Assembly: GCA_046757525.1 (NCBI GenBank)
Contig: JBHHYI010000127.1
Span: forward strand, 1 to 12,046
Length of the DNA stretch: 12,046 nucleotides
Source of the DNA: a bacterium
GTDB taxonomy: Bacteria > Zhuqueibacterota > Zhuqueibacteria > Oceanimicrobiales > Oceanimicrobiaceae
Direction: 5' to 3'
The position numbers were made by a program, and so were the translations under genes. Within the stretch, counting starts at the first letter, position 1. Every line of letters starts with the position of its first letter. This document shows positions 6,276-12,046 of this stretch, one piece after another. The notes under the pieces were generated by a model. That model was not told the origin of the DNA. It did not search any database and was given only the letters and a program-made list of their open reading frames with translations.

Positions 6276-9200
6276 ATGTACGAAGAGTTATCGTCACAAT
6301 TAAATTTTCCCGTGTTAGAAAAAACCATTCTTGAGTATTGGGAGAAGAATAAAATATTCGAGAAAAGTGTGGAGTGTCGGGACCCTGAGAGGCCATTCAT
6401 TTTCTACGAAGGCCCTCCCACGGCCAACGGCAGGCCTGGCATTCACCACGTCATTTCGCGTTCCATTAAGGATTTCGTCTGTCGCCTCAAAACCATGGAA
6501 GGCTACCGGGTGGAACGCAAGGCCGGCTGGGACACTCACGGGTTGCCCGTGGAAATTGAGGTCGAGAAAGAGCTGGGTTTTTCCAGCAAAGAAGAAATCG
6601 AAGAATATGGCATCGACAAATTCAACGAAAAATGTCGGCAGAGCGTTTGGAAATACAAAAAGGAGTGGGATGAGCTCACGAGAAGAATCGGCTTTTGGGT
6701 CGATTTAGAACATCCCTACATCACATACGAGAACCAGTACATCGAGTCGGTGTGGTGGATCTTGAGCGAGTTGTGGAACAAAAACTTGCTCTACCTGGGT
6801 CACAAGATTCTTCCCTACTGCCCGCGCTGTGAAACGCCGCTGTCGAGTCACGAAGTCTCCCAGGGCTACCACGACGTGGAGGACCCTTCCGTGTTTGTAC
6901 GCATGCGCGTCAAAGGCGACGAGAAAACCTCTTTCTTAGTTTGGACGACAACTCCCTGGACGCTAATCTCCAATGTGGCTTTGGCGTTGCATCCGGAAAT
7001 CAAATATGTCAAGGTCAGGCACAAGGACGAATATTTCATTCTGGCAGAAGCCCGCCTGTCCGTTTTGGACGACGACTTTGAGATCCTGCAAGAATTCACT
7101 GGCGAAGAGCTGTCTGGCAAAGAATACGAGCCTTTGTTCACATTCTGCAAGAGCGACAAGAAACTCTACTACACGGTCAACGGGAATTTTGTCTCCACCG
7201 AAGAAGGAACCGGCATCGTGCACATGGCGCCAGCTTTTGGTGAGGACGACTACCAGATGGGTTTGCAGTACGATTTGCCAGTCCTGCAGCCCGTCGACAA
7301 AAGTGGCAAATTCACCGACGAGGTGACGGCGTTTAAGCACCAATTCGTTAAGAAAGCGGACGGAGAAATCGTCTCGAATTTAGCGGAACGGGATCTGTTG
7401 TACAAATCGGAAAAAATCACCCATAGCTATCCCCACTGCTGGCGGTGCAATTCACCCCTGCTTTATTATGCCAAAAAATCCTGGTTTATTCGCACCACCG
7501 CCATGAAAGACCGGCTCATTAGAAACAACGAGAAGATCGACTGGTACCCCAAAGAAGTGGGCCAGGGCCGCTTTGGCGAGTGGCTTGCCAACAATGTCGA
7601 TTGGTCCCTTTCGCGAGATCGGTACTGGGGCACGCCTTTGCCCATCTGGGTTTGTGAGAATTGTGGCAACACACGCTGCGTCGGCAGTATTGAGGAGCTA
7701 AACAAACTATCGGGCCTCACCCAGGAGATCGATCTCCATAAGCCGTTTATCGACCAGGTCAAGCTGCCTTGTGCCGAATGCAACAGCAGCATGGCTCGCA
7801 CGCCGGAAGTGATCGACGTCTGGTTTGATTCGGGCAGCATGCCCATCGCTCAATGGCACTACCCGTTCGAAAATGCAGACAAGTTCCAGAAGCATTTTCC
7901 GGCCGATTTTATCTCAGAAGGTGTGGACCAGACCAGGGGCTGGTTTTATTCTCTTTTAGCCATCGCAGCCATGCTGTTCGACAAGCCGTGCTACAAAGCG
8001 TGCATCTCCCTGGAACTCATCCTGGACAAGACGGGACAGAAAATGTCCAAATCCAAACGCAACACTGTAGACCCAAACGCAATTCTGGAGAACCAGGGAG
8101 CCGATGCTTTGCGCTGGTACCTCTTAACGGTCAGTCCACCCTGGGTTCCCACCCGTTTCGATCCTGACGGCGTGACCGATGTGCTGAGAAAGTTCCTGGG
8201 CACTCTGCTCAATGTCTACTCCTTTTTTGCCATGTACGCCAACATCGACGCGTTCACCTATCAAGCGGCCCAAATCACCGTGTCAAGCCGCCCTGAAATC
8301 GATCAGTGGCTCGTGAGCACGCTCAACAAGCTGGTGTCCACAGTGCAAGAATACTTGTCGCGTTATGATGTGACCAAAGCTGCGCGCCAGATTGCTGATT
8401 TCGTCGTGGACGACCTGTCCAACTGGTACGTACGTAGATGCCGCCGCCGTTTCTGGAAGTCCGAAATGGGAACCGACAAGCAGGCCGCCTACGAAACGCT
8501 CTACGAGGTGTTGTACACCCTGGCCAAATTGATGGCTCCATTTGCCCCGTTTTTGTCTGAGAAAATCTACCTGAATCTCACCCAGAATAGACCAGGCCAA
8601 CCAGAAAGCGTACATCTGACGGATTATCCGAAACGGGAAAACGGTGAGCACGGCTTTCGCAACCAGGCGCTGGAAGAAAAAATGGACATCGTGCGCCAGG
8701 TCGTGTTCCTTGGCAGGTCTTTGCGCAACGAATCCGGCATCAAGGTGCGGCAACCGCTGAGCAGAGTGATCGTCGTAGCGCACGAAGATTCTGTCAAAGC
8801 CAGAATCGAGAACATGGCCAATTTGGTTCTGGAAGAACTGAACGTCAAGAAAATCGAGTTCGTAGCTGACGTCGAGGCATTGACGGCGAAGCGGGCCAAA
8901 CCGTTGTTCAAGAAGCTCGGCCCAAAACTGGGCAAAGACGTTAACATCGCCGCCGACATGATAAAGGCGTTTACGGATCAGGACATCGAAGCTCTACAAG
9001 AACAGGGCGAAAAGCTGATCGTCATAAAGGGCAGAGACTTCATTATTCATCCGGAGGATGTCGAAATCCTTTCTGAGAGCGCTCAGGGATTGGTTGTGCA
9101 GAGCCACAATGAGTTAACGGTTGCTCTGGACACTCAAATCACCGAAGACTTGCGGGATGAAGGTCTGGCCCGCGAATTCGTCAACCGGGTTCAAAATATG

Positions 9201-9413
9201 CGCAAGGATGCCGGCTTTGATGTCATCGATCGCATTAAGATCTACTATCAAACCTCCGATAAGTTAGCCAAAACCATTGAGAAAAAATCATCCTATATTT
9301 TGCATGAAACCCTGGCAAAAGAATTAAATGCGAACGGTGGCCAGGGCAGCCATGTGGAAGAATGGAATATCGAGGGGGAGAAGACCATTATAAGCATAGA
9401 AAAATTGCGGTAG
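6276..9413 (+). CDS. ileS: Isoleucine--tRNA ligase, type 2 (IleRS2)
   Basis: 1045 aa. EGPPTANG-RP-GIHH, GWDTHGLPVE, editing-domain WTTTPWTL and GTGIVHMAPAFGEDD, DWSLSRDRYWGTPLP, DVWFDSG, EGVDQTRGWF, KMSKS (8040-8054). C-terminal EGLAREFVNRVQNMRK.AGF.V.DRI and no C-terminal zinc finger indicate type 2. Confidence 0.97.
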   Translation: MYEELSSQLNFPVLEKTILEYWEKNKIFEKSVECRDPERPFIFYEGPPTANGRPGIHHVISRSIKDFVCRLKTMEGYRVERKAGWDTHGLPVEIEVEKELGFSSKEEIEEYGIDKFNEKCRQSVWKYKKEWDELTRRIGFWVDLEHPYITYENQYIESVWWILSELWNKNLLYLGHKILPYCPRCETPLSSHEVSQGYHDVEDPSVFVRMRVKGDEKTSFLVWTTTPWTLISNVALALHPEIKYVKVRHKDEYFILAEARLSVLDDDFEILQEFTGEELSGKEYEPLFTFCKSDKKLYYTVNGNFVSTEEGTGIVHMAPAFGEDDYQMGLQYDLPVLQPVDKSGKFTDEVTAFKHQFVKKADGEIVSNLAERDLLYKSEKITHSYPHCWRCNSPLLYYAKKSWFIRTTAMKDRLIRNNEKIDWYPKEVGQGRFGEWLANNVDWSLSRDRYWGTPLPIWVCENCGNTRCVGSIEELNKLSGLTQEIDLHKPFIDQVKLPCAECNSSMARTPEVIDVWFDSGSMPIAQWHYPFENADKFQKHFPADFISEGVDQTRGWFYSLLAIAAMLFDKPCYKACISLELILDKTGQKMSKSKRNTVDPNAILENQGADALRWYLLTVSPPWVPTRFDPDGVTDVLRKFLGTLLNVYSFFAMYANIDAFTYQAAQITVSSRPEIDQWLVSTLNKLVSTVQEYLSRYDVTKAARQIADFVVDDLSNWYVRRCRRRFWKSEMGTDKQAAYETLYEVLYTLAKLMAPFAPFLSEKIYLNLTQNRPGQPESVHLTDYPKRENGEHGFRNQALEEKMDIVRQVVFLGRSLRNESGIKVRQPLSRVIVVAHEDSVKARIENMANLVLEELNVKKIEFVADVEALTAKRAKPLFKKLGPKLGKDVNIAADMIKAFTDQDIEALQEQGEKLIVIKGRDFIIHPEDVEILSESAQGLVVQSHNELTVALDTQITEDLRDEGLAREFVNRVQNMRKDAGFDVIDRIKIYYQTSDKLAKTIEKKSSYILHETLAKELNANGGQGSHVEEWNIEGEKTIISIEKLR

Positions 9414-9482
9414 TTACAAAAACAACATCTTTAATAACCTTAAGGTAGATCAAATAAAACAAGTTGAGTAGTGGAGGCTCAA

Positions 9483-9869
9483 ATGAAAAAAGAAGAACTG
9501 CAATACTTTAAAATCCTTCTGGAGCAAAAAAGAGATGAAATGATCAAGGATTTGGGACAACTAAAATCGAAAGATGCCACCTCAACGTTGAAAGATTCCT
9601 CTGGAGAGAACTCAGCCTATTCCTATCACATGGCAGATGTGGGCACTGACAACATGGAACGAGAAAAGGCCTTCTTTTTTGCAACTCGCGAGGGACGCTT
9701 TCTCTATCATCTGGAACAAGCGCTTGAAAGAATAGAGAAGGGAACTTATGGCTACTGCCAGGAGTGTGAAAAGCCGATCAGTAAAGAACGCCTGGAGGCC
9801 GTACCCCATGCGAGATTGTGCATTACATGTAAATCAAAAGAAGAAAAGGGACAGAACAATTCTCGTTAG
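9483..9869 (+). CDS. TraR/DksA family C4-type zinc-finger protein
   Basis: Coiled coil with HMADVGTD tip, then ALERIEKGTYGYCQECEKPISKERLEAVPHARLCITCK. ATG9483 follows GGAGG at 9473-9477 and is preferred over GTG9471. Confidence 0.92.
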   Translation: MKKEELQYFKILLEQKRDEMIKDLGQLKSKDATSTLKDSSGENSAYSYHMADVGTDNMEREKAFFFATREGRFLYHLEQALERIEKGTYGYCQECEKPISKERLEAVPHARLCITCKSKEEKGQNNSR

Positions 9870-9930
9870 ACCGGAATCGCCGGACGACAGGGAACGCCCA
9901 TTCCATTGGATTGCGGTACCCAATGAACCT

Positions 9931-9963
9931 TTAAAACAGTGGCAAGGAAATCGACTGTTTTGA
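9931..9963 (+). terminator. Possible stem-loop (weak terminator or mRNA stability hairpin) between the DksA-like gene and lspA
   Basis: aaaacagt (9933-9940) / actgtttt (9954-9961) perfect 8-bp inverted repeat with a 13-nt loop. The stem is AT-rich, so terminator function is uncertain. Confidence 0.3.
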
Positions 9964-10006
9964 TTGAACTTGAAATCAGGAAAATAAATCCCAGAAGGCT
10001 TTATCA

Positions 10007-10507
10007 TTGCGAGTTTTGATTTTTTCGATCGTAGTCGTTGTAATGGACCAGCTCACCAAGATGTCGGTGCGCTATTTTTTTGAAAAAGGCATCGACCACA
10101 ACATAATCTCGGATTTCGTCCAATTGACCTATATTGAAAACCCGGGCATGGCATTTGGAATTCAATTTGGCGGTCAAACGTTTTTTACCTTGTTTGCCGC
10201 TGTCGCGAGTGTGATTATTTTTGTCTACATTGTTCGTGCACGCTCGGAGAGATTCTCCACACGTTTTGCCCTCGCCTTGATTTTGGGAGGTGCCATCGGC
10301 AATTTGATCGACCGTTTTCTGTTTGGGGCCGTCACGGATTTCATCAATATTGGAATTGGTGCGAAGCGTTGGCCGTTCTTTAACATCGCAGACAGCGCCG
10401 TGACCATCGGCATGGTTATCCTCTTAATTAACATAATATTCGACAAAAACAAGGTCGAGGAGAGCAAGGACGAAGCGATGGCCACGAACGGCCAATCCTT
10501 TCATTGA
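10007..10507 (+). CDS. lspA: Lipoprotein signal peptidase (signal peptidase II)
   Basis: DQLTK, NPGMAFG, GGAIGNLIDR, VTDFI and FNIADSA (the two catalytic Asp motifs), several TM segments; TTG start; usual position downstream of ileS. Confidence 0.95.
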   Translation: MRVLIFSIVVVVMDQLTKMSVRYFFEKGIDHNIISDFVQLTYIENPGMAFGIQFGGQTFFTLFAAVASVIIFVYIVRARSERFSTRFALALILGGAIGNLIDRFLFGAVTDFINIGIGAKRWPFFNIADSAVTIGMVILLINIIFDKNKVEESKDEAMATNGQSFH

Positions 10508-10540
10508 TCGACAAATACCTGCCCTCGTCTCACCATTTTC

Positions 10541-11512
10541 ATGCATGAGGATACTTATTTTGAATTTGTAATTCCCTCCAACCAAGGAAAGGAGCGACTG
10601 GACAAATTCTTGACCCGAGCCATCGCACACGTGTCACGTGCACGCCTGCAAAAACTCATCGAAGAAGGCAGAGTCATACTAAACGGCAAGCCCGCCAAGG
10701 CAAGCCACCTGATTACACCCCACGAAAAAATAGAAGTTTGCATTCCCAGGCCTGAAAAAATAGACATCTTGCCGGAACCCATCCCGTTAGACATCCGATA
10801 CGAAGACCAACACTTGTTGGTAGTAAATAAGCCTGCTGGTCTGGTCGTCCACCCGGCTTTTGCCAATTACACCGGCACGCTGGTGAACGCCTTGCTGCAT
10901 CATTGTGGCGACCTGTCCGGCATTGGCGGTAAACAAAGGCCCGGCATTGTCCACCGCTTAGACAAAGACACTTCTGGACTGATCGTCATCGCCAAGGACG
11001 ATCAAACCCACAGAGACCTTTCCCGGCAGTTCGCCGAAAAGACCACAGTGCGCGAATATCACTGCATCGCGTGGGGCAACTTCCGCAAACGGACGGGCGC
11101 CGTAGAAACCCGAATTGCCCGAAGTCCTAAAGACCGGAAGCGCATGACCGTGCAACCGGTGGGAAAAGTGGCCATCACAAACTACCAGGTCCTGGAAGCG
11201 TTCAAGGTACTCTCCTACGTCAAGTTAACCTTGGAAACGGGTAGAACCCATCAAATTCGCGTGCATTTGTCCTACATGGGACATCCTGTCTTTGGCGACC
11301 CAACCTATGGCGGCCGCAACCGCCAATTAGGGGGGTTGGCCAACAAAGAGCGCCAATTCGCTTCTGAGCTTCTGCAAATGATGCCGAGGCAGGCCCTGCA
11401 TGCCAGAACCTTGGGCTTCGTACATCCCATCCTGAATCGCCGCATGCTCTTTGAGGCTGAACTACCTGAAGACATGAAACTATTGTTACAAGCGCTGCGT
11501 AGTGAAAATTAG
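10541..11512 (+). CDS. rluD: RluA family pseudouridine synthase with N-terminal S4 domain (RluD-like)
   Basis: S4 domain RLDKFL...SRARLQKLIEEG.V, then VVNKPAGLVVHPA, catalytic GIVHRLDKDTSG, LETGRTHQIRVH, GHPVFGD..YG, RQALHA..LGF.HP. Confidence 0.93.
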   Translation: MHEDTYFEFVIPSNQGKERLDKFLTRAIAHVSRARLQKLIEEGRVILNGKPAKASHLITPHEKIEVCIPRPEKIDILPEPIPLDIRYEDQHLLVVNKPAGLVVHPAFANYTGTLVNALLHHCGDLSGIGGKQRPGIVHRLDKDTSGLIVIAKDDQTHRDLSRQFAEKTTVREYHCIAWGNFRKRTGAVETRIARSPKDRKRMTVQPVGKVAITNYQVLEAFKVLSYVKLTLETGRTHQIRVHLSYMGHPVFGDPTYGGRNRQLGGLANKERQFASELLQMMPRQALHARTLGFVHPILNRRMLFEAELPEDMKLLLQALRSEN

Positions 11513-11655
11513 TTCGACGACCGCACTTGTGGCGGTAAGAGCTTTCTGCACAATTCCTGTTTGTAGCTTCAATCTTTTGAGACCGCTTCTCTTACTGCAA
11601 CAGGCTGAAGTCGACATCAGACCAAGATTCAGTTAACTACCATGAGGAGTCAATC

Positions 11656-12046
11656 ATGACACAGGATCTGCCCTTGCTGTTAAGCATTTTTTGCTGCTTC
11701 GTTTCCACGCCTCAGGTAAGCCAGGCTCAACACCTCCCGATCAAGAAATTCAGCCAAAGGTACAAAATACCCGATTCAAACAGGCCGAAATAAATGGCGG
11801 CATTGGCGACATGCGGGTCGATTTTCGTGGAAATCTTCTGCCTGTTTCCAGGGCTTCAGTAGATTTAGACCTCGGGGAAACCAAACTGATTTTGCCGGAC
11901 GACGCCGGGGTCAAACTCTCGGTTTCGAAGCTCTTGTTCATGTCCTCGGTTGATCTGCCGTACAATTACAAAAAATCAGGCAAATACTACTACAGCAAGG
12001 ATTTCGAGTCTGCCTCCAATCAATTTGCTGGTGAAAGTAAGTCCGG
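11656..12046 (+). pseudogene. Probable degraded gene for an exported beta-rich protein (toast-rack/DUF2154-like C-terminus), running off the window
   Basis: SD GAGGAG + ATG11656 gives a 45-codon ORF with a signal-peptide-like start (MTQDLPLLLSIFCCFVSTPQVSQAQ) that stops at 11791-11793. A different + frame reads NTRFKQAEINGGIGDMRVDFRG...SVDLDLGETKLILPDDAGVKLSVSKLLFMSSVDLPYNYKKSGKYYYSKDFESA, which looks protein-like but has no convincing start of its own. Confidence 0.5.

Noticed and set aside
9437..9446. Perfect palindrome accttaaggt upstream of the DksA-like gene
   Set aside because: A single 10-bp palindrome in 12 kb is expected by chance, and no second copy was seen.
253..11965. Minus-strand and alternate-frame ORFs of 60-166 aa in the ORF track (e.g. 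8283-8783, 2925-3314, 7466-7846)
   Set aside because: They overlap well-supported + strand genes or the terminal gene remnant, carry no recognisable motifs, and are best explained as shadow ORFs.

Overview
Bacterial genomic window with every credible gene on the + strand, in three parts. (1) 1-2820 is an accessory-looking segment. It holds the 3' part of a membrane protein (at least 4 PASTA repeats, one TM helix, a short repeated cytoplasmic motif and a C-terminal helix-hairpin-helix domain), a ~670 bp intergenic stretch densely packed with nested palindromes (including a gap-free four-way junction built from two inverted GTAG-hairpin units), and an uncharacterised ~196 aa protein. (2) 2918-11512 is a housekeeping cluster behind a sigma70-like promoter: yggS - yggT - DivIVA-domain protein - predicted lipoprotein - purine-nucleoside phosphorylase - ileS (type 2) - TraR/DksA C4 zinc-finger protein - lspA - RluD-like pseudouridine synthase. 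The gene order resembles that of FCB-group bacteria (inference, not checked). (3) 11656-end is an apparently frameshifted gene remnant. Highlights: IleRS carries the swapped GIHH signature instead of HIGH, the PNP has Asp at the Asn243-equivalent specificity position, the PASTA protein is kinase-less with inverted topology, and the intergenic DNA is REPIN/MITE-like. All calls were made by eye; no database searches were run.
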